DNA of 64,000 bases, taken from the NCBI GenBank assembly GCA_021800535.1, contig JAJYYV010000004.1, forward strand, positions 16,007 to 80,006, in the 5' to 3' direction. The DNA is from a bacterium. Lineage in GTDB: Bacteria > Ratteibacteria > UBA8468 > B48-G9 > DTJG01. Positions 1 through 9,460 of this stretch are shown piece after piece. Both the position numbers and the translations under genes were made by a program. How positions within the stretch are numbered: the first letter of the stretch is position 1; every line of letters starts with the position of its first letter. Below the pieces are notes generated by a model. That model was not told the DNA's origin and did not search any database. It worked only from the letters and a program-made list of their open reading frames with translations.

Positions 1-315
1 ATCAAGTAGCTGTTGCTGCTTGGGATTTATATAAACACCATTTATTATAAGTTTTGTACTTTTTGTTATTTTTTTTGATGTTTGAACAGGAGCATAAACA
101 GGAATATAAGACATTCCCATTGAATCTTTCATTGGAACTGGAGATGTGGCTTTAGGATTCATTGGGTCCCTATAATATAAAATCTTTCTTTTTTGTTTTT
201 CAGTTTTTGTTTTTAAAGAAAAACTTTTATGTTTTTCAAAGTGGATAAATGTTAACCCACCAAAAATAATAATAATCAAAAAAATCAATCCGGTAATTAT
301 TGCTTTTTTATTCAT
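1..315 (-). CDS. CusB-like efflux RND periplasmic adaptor, N-terminal part (runs off the window)
   Basis: Manual translation from ATG at 315 gives an N-terminal TM segment, then YYRDPMNPKATSPVPMKDSMGMSYIPVY (heavy-metal-binding motif of CusB-type adaptors). Directly downstream of a TolC gene. Confidence 0.8.
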   Translation of the reverse strand, partial: MNKKAIITGLIFLIIIIFGGLTFIHFEKHKSFSLKTKTEKQKRKILYYRDPMNPKATSPVPMKDSMGMSYIPVYAPVQTSKKITKSTKLIINGVYINPKQQQLLD

Positions 316-1694
316 AATTTTGCTCCTTTGGGAACTATTCCTGCAATGATAAGTGATATTTCATTCAAGTTTATTTCCCTCATTGCCATACTTGAAAAAT
401 AATTAGAATAAAAATTAAAATATGTATTCTGAGCCTTAAGAAATTTTTCAATGCTTGCATTTCCTGTTTGATAAGATGTTGTTTCTATCTGCATTACTGC
501 TTTTATTTCCGGAATAAGACTGGTTTTATAAAGAAGATATGCCCTGTTAGCCTGTCGCCATCTGAAAAGTCCATCTGCAAGCATTGCTGCTAATTCAAGC
601 TGTTGTGCAGAAAAAGATGCTTTTGCCTCCTTTTCCCCGGATTTAGAAGCAGATATTTCAGCCATTATCTTTTGTCTCCATGGTATAGATAATGTAATAA
701 GGGGTTCTGTAAGACTCATTGATGAAAAAATACTTTGCATCAGACTTACACCAAAATTTATTTTTGACTGGCTGTATGCCAGAGAAACAAATGCTTCAGC
801 CTGCTGTATGCCTGTTTTTAGAAGGGCAAGCGTGGGATTATGTTTTTTTACTGTATTCCATATTTTAGATTCTTTAAATTCAGTATTTGTAAATGGAAGA
901 TTCTCAGGCATTGGGGGTAATCTTATATTTTTAAGGTATGGATTTATTCCCAGAACTTGAGCAAATTCAACTCTTAAAACATGTTTATAATCTTTTAGAT
1001 TTGCAAGAATATTTTTAAATTTTTGTATTTCTATCTGGATATCAATAACATCTAAAAGAGAATTATTTCCTGTCTGTATTTTGGTAAGAGTTATATTTTC
1101 CATGGATTCAAGTGTATTTATTATATTTTCAGTAAGCTTTATTTTTTTGTTTGTAATCCAGTACTGGTACGCAAAATATTTAACTGTAAAAGCAGTTTTT
1201 AAAATTTCTTTCTGGAATATATATTGTTTTTCTTTTGCTTTTAAAGCCATTGCTTCTGTTAGAAAGTAGAGCTTTTTTTTGGCAGGATAACTTAACATTA
1301 TCCCGGGCATTGTCATAAGTGGAGGAAGAACATTGTTCATCATTCCGGAAGTAATCTGTTCTTCCAAAGAAAATTGTGGATTTGGGGCGTATCTGTATAC
1401 TGGAAGAATTTTAACATTTTTTTCCCATTGATAAAATGTTTTTTCAATAGCAGGATTATTATAAATGGCATATCTGATATAATCCTGTAAAGTGGATTTT
1501 GAAGTAAGAACAGGCAGGGGAGGTTTTTTCCCTTCAGTCCTATATATATTTTTAATCTCTTTAAATTTCTCTACCTGTTCTTTTTCTGTTTTTGTTGGTT
1601 TCTGAAGATTTGCACAGCCAGAAAGAAACAAAACAAAGAAAATAAAAAACCATTTTCTTATCTTGCTTTTAACAGCAGCATGATTGTTCCTCAT
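312..1694 (-). CDS. TolC-family outer membrane efflux lipoprotein
   Basis: Lipobox-like LSGC and two OEP-like repeats (AIYNNP, VKKHNP). Start placed at ATG 1694 (MRNNHAA) rather than the track's GTG at 1751. Confidence 0.85.
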   Translation of the reverse strand: MRNNHAAVKSKIRKWFFIFFVLFLSGCANLQKPTKTEKEQVEKFKEIKNIYRTEGKKPPLPVLTSKSTLQDYIRYAIYNNPAIEKTFYQWEKNVKILPVYRYAPNPQFSLEEQITSGMMNNVLPPLMTMPGIMLSYPAKKKLYFLTEAMALKAKEKQYIFQKEILKTAFTVKYFAYQYWITNKKIKLTENIINTLESMENITLTKIQTGNNSLLDVIDIQIEIQKFKNILANLKDYKHVLRVEFAQVLGINPYLKNIRLPPMPENLPFTNTEFKESKIWNTVKKHNPTLALLKTGIQQAEAFVSLAYSQSKINFGVSLMQSIFSSMSLTEPLITLSIPWRQKIMAEISASKSGEKEAKASFSAQQLELAAMLADGLFRWRQANRAYLLYKTSLIPEIKAVMQIETTSYQTGNASIEKFLKAQNTYFNFYSNYFSSMAMREINLNEISLIIAGIVPKGAKL

Positions 1695-1848
1695 CCGTAG
1701 ATTCTCCTGTATACTTTGACGGATTATCATCAAAAGATTTTTTACAACCACGGGAACAAAAATAATATGTTTTATTTCTATAATCAGACTTTAAAATTGT
1801 TGTTGATTTTTCATCTATTTTCATACCACAAACTGGATCTTTTAACAT
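1669..1848 (-). CDS. YHS-domain metal-binding protein
   Basis: KDPVCGM...TYYFCSRGC motif and C-terminal SCCC. GGAGG SD precedes ATG 1848. Confidence 0.85.
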   Translation of the reverse strand: MLKDPVCGMKIDEKSTTILKSDYRNKTYYFCSRGCKKSFDDNPSKYTGESTDEEQSCCC

Positions 1849-1912
1849 TTTTATCACCTCCTGAAAATTTTTTATTATAAAAATTTATAATAATATACTC
1901 AGTACCACTATA

Positions 1913-2191
1913 TTATTTGATAAATTTTTCATACATTTCTATTAATTCTTTGACTTTTTCTTTTATCTGTTTGTCTTTCTTTGATTCTATAGTTTCCTTT
2001 ACACAGGTATTTATATGATTTTCAAGTATAACAGAAGCAATACTTTTTAATGCTCCCTGAGTGGCAGAAATCTGTTGAAGGATATCCATACAATATTCTT
2101 TTTTTTCCACCATTTTCAAAACACCTCTAATCTGTCCTTCTACTCTTTTTATTCTCGGTTTTAATATTTTAATGGTTTTTTCATTAATCAT
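1913..2191 (-). CDS. csoR: CsoR/RcnR-family metal-sensitive repressor
   Basis: RIKRVEGQIRG...YCMDILQQISA...LENHINTC shows the C-H-C fingerprint of copper-sensing CsoR. Confidence 0.9.
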   Translation of the reverse strand: MINEKTIKILKPRIKRVEGQIRGVLKMVEKKEYCMDILQQISATQGALKSIASVILENHINTCVKETIESKKDKQIKEKVKELIEMYEKFIK

Positions 2192-2197
2192 TTTTTC

Positions 2198-2226
2198 AGT
2201 ATACTACCTACCAGTATTTTTGTCAA
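2198..2226 (-). promoter_or_regulatory. sigma70 promoter with overlapping CsoR/RcnR-type operator
   Basis: Minus strand TTGACA (2226-2221), 17 bp spacer, TATACT (2203-2198). Operator-like ATACT-GGTAGGT-AGTAT at 2201-2217. Confidence 0.75.
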
Positions 2227-2367
2227 ATAATTTTTTAGAAATCTTTTTTAGTTGTTAAATTAATATATGAAGTTTTTTAGAAAATTTGTGATTATTCTTT
2301 TGACTTTTTTTATTTCATTTTTTCTTTTTTGAAAATTATTTAATGCCTATTTTTTGCGGAATTTGGG

Positions 2368-2428
2368 AAATTGTATGCCAGCGTCCATATCCATTTTCCC
2401 TGTATCGCATACTTATGGGTTGGTCTGT
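2368..2428 (-). pseudogene. ~60 bp remnant of the Rhs core repeat
   Basis: Encodes TDQPISMRYRENGYGRWHTI and is near-identical to about 10395-10450 in the 9461-10510 cassette. Confidence 0.8.
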
Positions 2429-2435
2429 TTTGTTG

Positions 2436-2867
2436 TTAAATAAACTTACTAAAAAATTGACACATTTTTTCTAAATTTTCTTTTTGATTAGATGGCATAA
2501 TTCTAAAAATTCCAATTTTTATTTTTGGAATTTTTATTATATGTGGCTCAGAATATTTTTTAAGTTTGATATAAAAAATTTTAGCAGTTAAAAAATTCTT
2601 GATATCTATTTTTTCTATTTCAGAAAAATCTATAGATGTTAATCTATCAAAAGAATAATATGATGAAATTTCTGCTATTAATAAACGTTGATTAGTTAAT
2701 CCAATCAAAAAATTTCTTACAGGAACAGTTTGTCCAGTTTGTGACAAAATATTTTGTAAAATATAGTTCCAAAAAGAAAAATATTCTAAACCTAAAACAT
2801 ACGAATTTAGAGTTTCTTGTTGATTTAAACATTTTGAAAATTCTTCTTTTATAACTTCGTCTGTCAT
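2436..2867 (-). CDS. Hypothetical protein, possible bacterial PH-like domain
   Basis: 143 aa ORF. LIGLTNQRLLI resembles the bPH motif. Last gene of the Rhs array. Confidence 0.5.
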   Translation of the reverse strand: MTDEVIKEEFSKCLNQQETLNSYVLGLEYFSFWNYILQNILSQTGQTVPVRNFLIGLTNQRLLIAEISSYYSFDRLTSIDFSEIEKIDIKNFLTAKIFYIKLKKYSEPHIIKIPKIKIGIFRIMPSNQKENLEKMCQFFSKFI

Positions 2868-2879
2868 TTTATATTTTGA

Positions 2880-4358
2880 TTATTTTATAAAATTATTCCC
2901 TACAGTAACAAATATATTATTTCCATATGTAATTCCATTGAGTACATTAGGTATTCTTAAATTTTGCTTTGTCCATTTTATTCCATTTAAAGAAGTTATA
3001 ATTACGCCATATGGGTTTTGTTCAATAATCTGATATGCTCCTCCTACTGCCACAAATTTTCCATCACCATATGTGATACTGTTAAGTATGCTAATAATTG
3101 GTAAATTTTGTTTTTGCCAAGTTTTTCCATTATAAGAAGTTAGAATCGTATCTCCAACAGCTACAAATTTACCACCCCCGTATGTAATAGCAAAAAGATT
3201 GTTAGATATTCCTGAATTTCTATTTATCCATTTTTTCCCGTTAACAGAGGTAATAATTATACCATAAGAATTTCCCATACTTGGACTATAGTTTCCTCCA
3301 ACAGCTATAAATTCATTATTTCCATATGTTATTCCTCGAATAGAATTAATTGTTTTAGAATTTTGTTTAACCCAATTTTTTCCATTAGAAGAAGTAAGAA
3401 TTGTTCCATTATCTCCCACTGCAACAAATTTTTTCTTTCCATATGTGATCCCATTAAGTTGATAATTTATACCAGAATTTTGTTTAACCCAATTTTTTCC
3501 ATTAGAAGAAGTAAGAATTGTTCCATTATCTCCCACTGCAACAAATTTTTTCTTTCCATATACTATTCCGTTAAGCCAAGCAATTGTTCCAGAATTTTGT
3601 TTTATCCAATTTTTTCCATTAGAAGAAGTTAAAATTGCATTTCCAACGGCTACAAATTCCTCATTCCCATATGTAATTGCAGAAAAACTATTAGATATTT
3701 CTGAACTCCTATTTATCCATATGACTCCATTTGAAGAACTTAAAATTGGTGTTAAAATACTTCTTTGGAATTTTTGTTTTTTTAATGGAAGTAAAATTTT
3801 AAATAAGAAAATTAACAAGATAATAATAATGAAAATGCTTAATATAATTCCTATGATTTTTTTAAAATTAAAAGGTTTGATTTTACTCGTAATTGGACTA
3901 TTGAATAATTTTTTTAATTTTAATTTTTCTCCAATAAATCCACCTAATATACCAAAGGGAATAACCAAAAAAAGGGATAATTTAATATAAAAAATATGAG
4001 GAATACTATTCAATGGAAATATCACCGGTAAAGATTCTATCAAAAACAAAAGAATAACAACTACTGCAACAAATTTTGTACCACCTTTTCCTACTATATA
4101 TCCCATAATAAACATGCCTATAAATGTAGGTATAATAGATTCTCCAATCAAACTTAACTTAAGTAATTTATTATAATAATTGAATAAACTCATTGTATAA
4201 TATGTGCTTGATAATTTATTTGATAAATTTGTAATTATAAATTTATCATAAATTGAAAATATAATATTTCTAACGAAATAGCCTATAAAAAAAGCGAAAA
4301 TTCCAATTTTGATTTTATATTTATCTAATATTTTACTTTTAAATAAAGTTAGTTTCAT
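2880..4358 (-). CDS. Multi-TM protein fused to a beta-propeller repeat domain (putative immunity)
   Basis: About 5 hydrophobic segments followed by ~39-aa repeats (ITYG..KFVAVG..GTILTS.NG..W). Directly after an Rhs-CT cassette. Confidence 0.75.
   Translation of the reverse strand: MKLTLFKSKILDKYKIKIGIFAFFIGYFVRNIIFSIYDKFIITNLSNKLSSTYYTMSLFNYYNKLLKLSLIGESIIPTFIGMFIMGYIVGKGGTKFVAVVVILLFLIESLPVIFPLNSIPHIFYIKLSLFLVIPFGILGGFIGEKLKLKKLFNSPITSKIKPFNFKKIIGIILSIFIIIILLIFLFKILLPLKKQKFQRSILTPILSSSNGVIWINRSSEISNSFSAITYGNEEFVAVGNAILTSSNGKNWIKQNSGTIAWLNGIVYGKKKFVAVGDNGTILTSSNGKNWVKQNSGINYQLNGITYGKKKFVAVGDNGTILTSSNGKNWVKQNSKTINSIRGITYGNNEFIAVGGNYSPSMGNSYGIIITSVNGKKWINRNSGISNNLFAITYGGGKFVAVGDTILTSYNGKTWQKQNLPIISILNSITYGDGKFVAVGGAYQIIEQNPYGVIITSLNGIKWTKQNLRIPNVLNGITYGNNIFVTVGNNFIK
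3357..3561. repeat. Identical 88-bp intragenic direct repeat with 117-bp period
   Basis: 3357-3444 equals 3474-3561; the period is one propeller blade. Confidence 0.85.
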
Positions 4359-4372
4359 TATTTTAATAAAAA

Positions 4373-5392
4373 CTAAAATTTAGCAACTATACCCCACCAC
4401 CATGGCGGAAATGGAATTTGATTTGTTGAACATTGGTATGGGCCAGGTGGTCCTCGCCTATAAAGTGCCCATATTTTACAAGTATCTAAATTAGCTATAG
4501 CTCGACCTTTACAAGCAATAAGTTGAGGTTTCTGCCACCAATGTGAATAGGAAGATTCACATTGACTTATTTGTAAATGATACATTTCATAACATAAATT
4601 TAATCTTATAGATTTCATTCCTGTGGGATCTCTATAATTTATTGGATTATTTCTTTCCACTATGTATAGATTGTTAAGTAAAGAAGAAATAGGTAAAATT
4701 AGAGTTTTTTGATATAGAATAGAGGCAGGTGTGAAAGAAGATAATAAATTTAATTTCATTATTTGAAGCATTGCTATGTAAGTATATATATTCTCAGAAT
4801 TGATTGGGAGTGCTGAAATTGTAGAATTCTCACTCTCTCCCCCACATCCGCATCCTGAATTTCCGTTTGCAGATGGTAAGTTGTTTCCTGTGGCATATTC
4901 TGGCACTTCCCTCAAAAGTGGGTCTACTTCAAGGAAACGGCCAAGAGACGGAGATTGATAGCGGGCACGGAAATAGTAAAGATTACTTTCTCTGTCATAT
5001 TCTCTTCCTTGGTAAGTAATTGTGTTGGTAAAGCCGTTTTCTCTATTAAAAGGTAGTCCCACTCCTATGTTTTCGCCCTCTCTATTCATCATCTCTCCAA
5101 AAGGTAGGTAATTATAACTGGCTATGACTTGCCCCCTTGAATTTGTTAGTTGTCTCACATTTCCTTCTCCATCATAGAGGTAATAAATTGTATGCCATCT
5201 TCCGTGTGTTCTGTATTCCATCTCTATTGGTTGGTATGTTGTGTCTCTGTAGGTGTATATTTTCTTTGCCCTCCCATATTTATTATACACTATAAACACC
5301 TGGTCTATTCCATTTATTGTGTCAAAAAAGTATTGGCTTACTTTACCTCTTACATTTTTCTTATATACTCTTTTGGTCCCACAATCGCAGTT
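4373..5392 (-). CDS. Orphan Rhs core fragment with Cys-rich C-terminal tip (cassette D)
   Basis: YLYDGEGNVRQL...YLPFGE...YQGREYD...YYFRARYQ...GRFLEVDP...NPINYRDPTG. Homology extends in frame to about 5392, upstream of the track's GTG at 5299, with no convincing start. Confidence 0.85.
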   Translation of the reverse strand, partial: NCDCGTKRVYKKNVRGKVSQYFFDTINGIDQVFIVYNKYGRAKKIYTYRDTTYQPIEMEYRTHGRWHTIYYLYDGEGNVRQLTNSRGQVIASYNYLPFGEMMNREGENIGVGLPFNRENGFTNTITYQGREYDRESNLYYFRARYQSPSLGRFLEVDPLLREVPEYATGNNLPSANGNSGCGCGGESENSTISALPINSENIYTYIAMLQIMKLNLLSSFTPASILYQKTLILPISSLLNNLYIVERNNPINYRDPTGMKSIRLNLCYEMYHLQISQCESSYSHWWQKPQLIACKGRAIANLDTCKIWALYRRGPPGPYQCSTNQIPFPPWWWGIVAKF

Positions 5393-5419
5393 GTAATGAA
5401 TTTAATTTGATAAATATTT

Positions 5420-6538
5420 TTATTTTCGGGGTATCACAACAAATTCATTTTTCCCATATGTTATACCCCACAGCCAATCATTTATTTCAGAATTTTGTTT
5501 TTCCCAATGAATTCCATCTGAAGAAGTTAATATTGTTCCAAAATTTCCAACTACTACAAATTTTTTATTACCATAAATAATACCATTCAATTCATAAGTT
5601 GTTTTAGAATTTTGCTTTATCCATATTTTTCCATTAATAGATGTTATAATTGTGCCATGATTTCCTACAGCAATAAATTTTCCATTTCCATATGTAATAC
5701 TCCAAAGATAATGGAGTATACCAGATTTTTGTTTCTTCCAATGTATTCCATCGTAAGAGGTAAGAATTGTGCCAAAATCTCCTACAGCTATAAATTCTTT
5801 CTTCCCATATGTTATTCCTAAAAGAATTTTATTCATTACAAGATTTTGTTTTTCCCAATGAATTCCATCTGAGGAAATTAATATTGTGCCAGAATTTCCT
5901 ACTGCGACAAATTTTTTGTCTCCATATGTAATTCCATTTAATTCATAAATTGTTTTTAAATTATGTTTTCTCCATATTTTCCCATCAATAGATGTTAGAA
6001 CTATTCCATTATTTCCCACTGCAATAAAAATTTTATTTCCATATGTTATTCCGGAAAGACAATTATTTATTCCTGATCTCTGTTTTAACCATTTCTTGCT
6101 ATTATGAGAAGTGAGAATTATTCCATTTTGTCCAACTGTTACAAATTTATTGTCTCCATATGTAATACCACAAAGAAATTTATTTGTTCCTGAATTTTGT
6201 GTTTGCCATCTTATTCCGTCATAAGAGATTAAAATTGGAAGTATTTTGTTAGTATAAAAATAATTTTGTTTTGTATTCAGAAAAACATGCATTTTAAATA
6301 AAAAGAAAACTGAAATAATAATCAACAAAATTGTACAAAAAGAAAGAAATAAAAGAAATATAAATAATTGTTTCTTTTTTCTTTCTATAAAATAATATAA
6401 AATAAATCCTGCAATTATAAAACTAAAACCTATTATATTTAATGCAGACATTGGTTTACTTAAATAAAACATTATAAATAATCCAATAATAAAAAAGATG
6501 CCACTAATTAATATAGAAAAAATATTTTTTTTATTCAT
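5420..6538 (-). CDS. Three N-terminal TM segments plus beta-propeller repeats (putative immunity)
   Basis: Hydrophobic N-terminus, then 6-7 GITYG..FVAVG..GTILTS.DG..W repeats. Start overlaps the stop of the upstream Rhs-CT. Confidence 0.75.
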   Translation of the reverse strand: MNKKNIFSILISGIFFIIGLFIMFYLSKPMSALNIIGFSFIIAGFILYYFIERKKKQLFIFLLFLSFCTILLIIISVFFLFKMHVFLNTKQNYFYTNKILPILISYDGIRWQTQNSGTNKFLCGITYGDNKFVTVGQNGIILTSHNSKKWLKQRSGINNCLSGITYGNKIFIAVGNNGIVLTSIDGKIWRKHNLKTIYELNGITYGDKKFVAVGNSGTILISSDGIHWEKQNLVMNKILLGITYGKKEFIAVGDFGTILTSYDGIHWKKQKSGILHYLWSITYGNGKFIAVGNHGTIITSINGKIWIKQNSKTTYELNGIIYGNKKFVVVGNFGTILTSSDGIHWEKQNSEINDWLWGITYGKNEFVVIPRK

Positions 6539-7250
6539 ACATAGGTGATGGTTGGCTATGATTTAAAAACCATTCCAGCGCTTTAGTAATAGCTGTTCCA
6601 GAAATACCGCTGCATTCTAATCCTGGTTTTACATTTTTGAACCATTCTTGATATTGGCAATGAGAAAGTTTTTCTGCATCTAAATTATTATAATTAATAG
6701 CTGTAGATATACATTTAAGGCATTGATAACCGACATATTCCAAATAAATAGACCCTGAAATTGTTGAAATCCATCCAAAATCTTCCCAACCAATACCTAT
6801 TATTTCTATTTGTTTACCTGTGGGATCTTTATAATTTATAGGGTTATTTTCCACAAATATATAAGAATTATTAATTGTAACAATTTTAAGTATTGGAGAT
6901 GTTATTTGTTGTGGTTTATTCATCATCTCTCCAAAAGGAAGGTAATTATAACTGGCTATGACTTGCCCCCTTGAATTTGTTAGTTGTCGGACATTTCCTT
7001 CTCCATCGTAGAGGTAGTATACTGTGTGCCAGCGTCCATATCCATTTTCCCTGTACTGTCGCATTTCTATTGGTTGGTCTGTTGTGTTTCCATATATGTA
7101 TATTTTCTTTGCCCTCCCATATTTATTATACACTATAAGCATTTGGTCTATCCCATTTATTGTGTCAAAGAAATATCGGCTTACTTTTCCTCTGACATTT
7201 TTCTTATATACTCTTTTTGTTCCACAGGAGCAGTTTCGGAATATTTCTGT
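6531..7250 (-). CDS. Orphan Rhs core fragment with internal deletion and C-terminal tip (cassette C)
   Basis: Core homology from about 7250 (KTEIFRNCSCGTKRVYK) through YLPFGEMMN, jumping to NNPINYKDPTG. Lacks the YQGREYD-to-GRFLEVDP block. Confidence 0.8.
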   Translation of the reverse strand, partial: TEIFRNCSCGTKRVYKKNVRGKVSRYFFDTINGIDQMLIVYNKYGRAKKIYIYGNTTDQPIEMRQYRENGYGRWHTVYYLYDGEGNVRQLTNSRGQVIASYNYLPFGEMMNKPQQITSPILKIVTINNSYIFVENNPINYKDPTGKQIEIIGIGWEDFGWISTISGSIYLEYVGYQCLKCISTAINYNNLDAEKLSHCQYQEWFKNVKPGLECSGISGTAITKALEWFLNHSQPSPMYE

Positions 7251-7251
7251 T

Positions 7252-8067
7252 TTATATTGTCAATTCTTCATTATCTGCAGGGATATAATGAACAAAAGTG
7301 CCTACTTTTTTGTATAGTTTTTCTCTAAAAGATGCTATAGAATTGATTTTATCTAATTTTAACCATGTCAACCAACCGCAAAAAACTCCTATTTCTATTT
7401 TTAATAATAAGAAAAATTGTTCCTGTAAAAAAACGTATCCATTATTTTTTAAGTTAAGTAAAAGATATTCCCAAGAAGAAATACCGGTTAGATTTTCTAT
7501 AATAGTTCTTTTTGTTAAATAAGAATATGTACTACTATAAAAAATATAAGTTTTCCCACTAAAATATCCATTCCAAATGAAAAATATTATTAACCCTACA
7601 ATACTATAAAGTAATCTTTTCTTTCTTATTAAAAATCCTATTGCTAAAGCAAATATATAGCCATACCATAAAATAGAAAAAAAAGTCATCAAAGATTCAC
7701 TTATAGATGATATAGGAATATTAAAATCAAGCGTAATAATACCACTAAAATTTGCCCCTAAATCGCTACAAAAATTTATTAAACCTAATATTAAACTAAA
7801 TAAAAATATTTTTGTTTGTAATTGTTTTTCTGAAATAAAAAGATTTAAAACTATAGATCCACAAATAAAAGGAAGAAATTGTATTATTAATTCAAGTATT
7901 AGATAAACCACGAACAAAAAAAGAGACATAAAAGGAGGGCTTGTTAAAATTTGAGAAGTAAAAAACGAAGGTAGATGATAATTATTAATTAAGGATATAT
8001 ATATTATCTGTGAAATTAGAGTGGCAACGATTAAAGATAAAAAAACAGGGAAATATAATTTTTTCAT
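7252..8067 (-). CDS. Polytopic membrane protein (putative immunity)
   Basis: 271 aa with about 6 hydrophobic segments. Follows a headless tip ORF. Confidence 0.65.
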   Translation of the reverse strand: MKKLYFPVFLSLIVATLISQIIYISLINNYHLPSFFTSQILTSPPFMSLFLFVVYLILELIIQFLPFICGSIVLNLFISEKQLQTKIFLFSLILGLINFCSDLGANFSGIITLDFNIPISSISESLMTFFSILWYGYIFALAIGFLIRKKRLLYSIVGLIIFFIWNGYFSGKTYIFYSSTYSYLTKRTIIENLTGISSWEYLLLNLKNNGYVFLQEQFFLLLKIEIGVFCGWLTWLKLDKINSIASFREKLYKKVGTFVHYIPADNEELTI

Positions 8068-8079
8068 ATTATTTTATTT

Positions 8080-8400
8080 TTACCACCATGATGGTGCAAG
8101 AAGCTTACATACTTCTTCCTGAGAACGTCCAGCATTTAATAGCCAAAAAGATCTACTAATGGGAATACCTTTTTGTTTCCAAATTGTTTCATTTATTGGC
8201 ATAGTCCACTCATTACTAAAAGTTATTTTTCTATGAAACCCTTGGCATTTATTCCAACATAACCAAGCTGTTTCTCGGGCTTTTATAAGCCAACCTTTTC
8301 TACGAATTTCAGCAGTAAATTCACAAGAGTATAAAAAAGTAGCGCCGGCTTTTTCTATAGAAAGAGAATGAAATTTTACAAATGTTTTTCCTGAAAAAGT
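8080..8400 (-). pseudogene. Headless open frame, probable Rhs C-terminal tip that lost its core
   Basis: 107-codon span open to its terminal stop (TFSGKTFVK...AWLCWNKCQG...VCKLLAPSWW*), with no start codon at its 5' end. Sits in the toxin position before a membrane gene. Not in the ORF track. Confidence 0.65.
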
Positions 8401-8402
8401 TT

Positions 8403-9449
8403 CTATTTTAGTTTGCTTATGTCATGGGATGTGATATATATACTTTTCCATATTTTTTCATTCTGAGAAGTAATAATTATTCCACAACGATGGTGTGTGG
8501 TGGTATTGTATCCCATACCAACTGCTACAAATTTTCCATCTCCATATGTTATTCCGGAAAAACTTGTCTGAGGAAATTTTATTTCTTTCCAATTAATCCC
8601 ATTAGAAGAAGTTAAAACTATTCCACCTCCTACAGCCACAAATTTTTTATCTCCATATGTTATTCCCCACAAATATGTTTTTGAACCACAACGACCGGGT
8701 TTTATTCCAAAATTTTGTTTTGTCCATGTTATTCCTCCATTTGAAGAAGTTAATATAGTACTATGTTTTCCCACTGCTACAAATTTTCCATCTCCATATG
8801 TTATCCCCCACAAAATATTATTATTTCGTCCAGAATATTTTTTTGTCCAAATTATTCCCTTAGTAGAACTAAAAATACTACTACCACTTCTCGGCCACAG
8901 ATCTCCTACAGCAACAAATTGGTTATCTCCATATGTTATTCCATAAAAAATGGAAGAGGTTTTAATATTGTATCCTATCCAAGTAATACCACTATTAGAA
9001 GAAATTAAAACTTTACCAAAACCAACTACTGCTACAAATTTATTATTTCCATATGCTATTGCAGAAATACCATAATGGCGCGTTGGAAAGTCTAATATTT
9101 TTAGTATTGGAATTTTTTGTTTTGACCAGTGTATCCCATCCGAAGAGGTAATAATTGTACCATATCCTCCAACAGCAACAAATTTTTTGTCTCCATATAC
9201 TATTCCGTTAAGAAATTGGTTTGTTTCAAAATTTTGTTTTGTCCATGTTATTCCATTGGTAGAGGTCAAAATTATACTTCTCATAGTTTTTTTAACATAA
9301 CTTCCAATCCATCCGATAGCAACAAATTGGTTATCTCCATATACTATTTTCGAAAGATTAACAGGCTTACAAAAAGCTGAATGTAAAAAACTAAAAATAA
9401 AAATACTTAAAATTAATTTATTCCAGATTCTAAATATACTTTTATTCAT
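8403..9449 (-). CDS. Exported beta-propeller repeat protein (putative immunity)
   Basis: Signal-peptide-like N-terminus, then 7 YGD..FVAVG...ILTSS.G..W repeats. Confidence 0.75.
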   Translation of the reverse strand: MNKSIFRIWNKLILSIFIFSFLHSAFCKPVNLSKIVYGDNQFVAIGWIGSYVKKTMRSIILTSTNGITWTKQNFETNQFLNGIVYGDKKFVAVGGYGTIITSSDGIHWSKQKIPILKILDFPTRHYGISAIAYGNNKFVAVVGFGKVLISSNSGITWIGYNIKTSSIFYGITYGDNQFVAVGDLWPRSGSSIFSSTKGIIWTKKYSGRNNNILWGITYGDGKFVAVGKHSTILTSSNGGITWTKQNFGIKPGRCGSKTYLWGITYGDKKFVAVGGGIVLTSSNGINWKEIKFPQTSFSGITYGDGKFVAVGMGYNTTTHHRCGIIITSQNEKIWKSIYITSHDISKLK

Positions 9450-9460
9450 TTTTTTCTATT

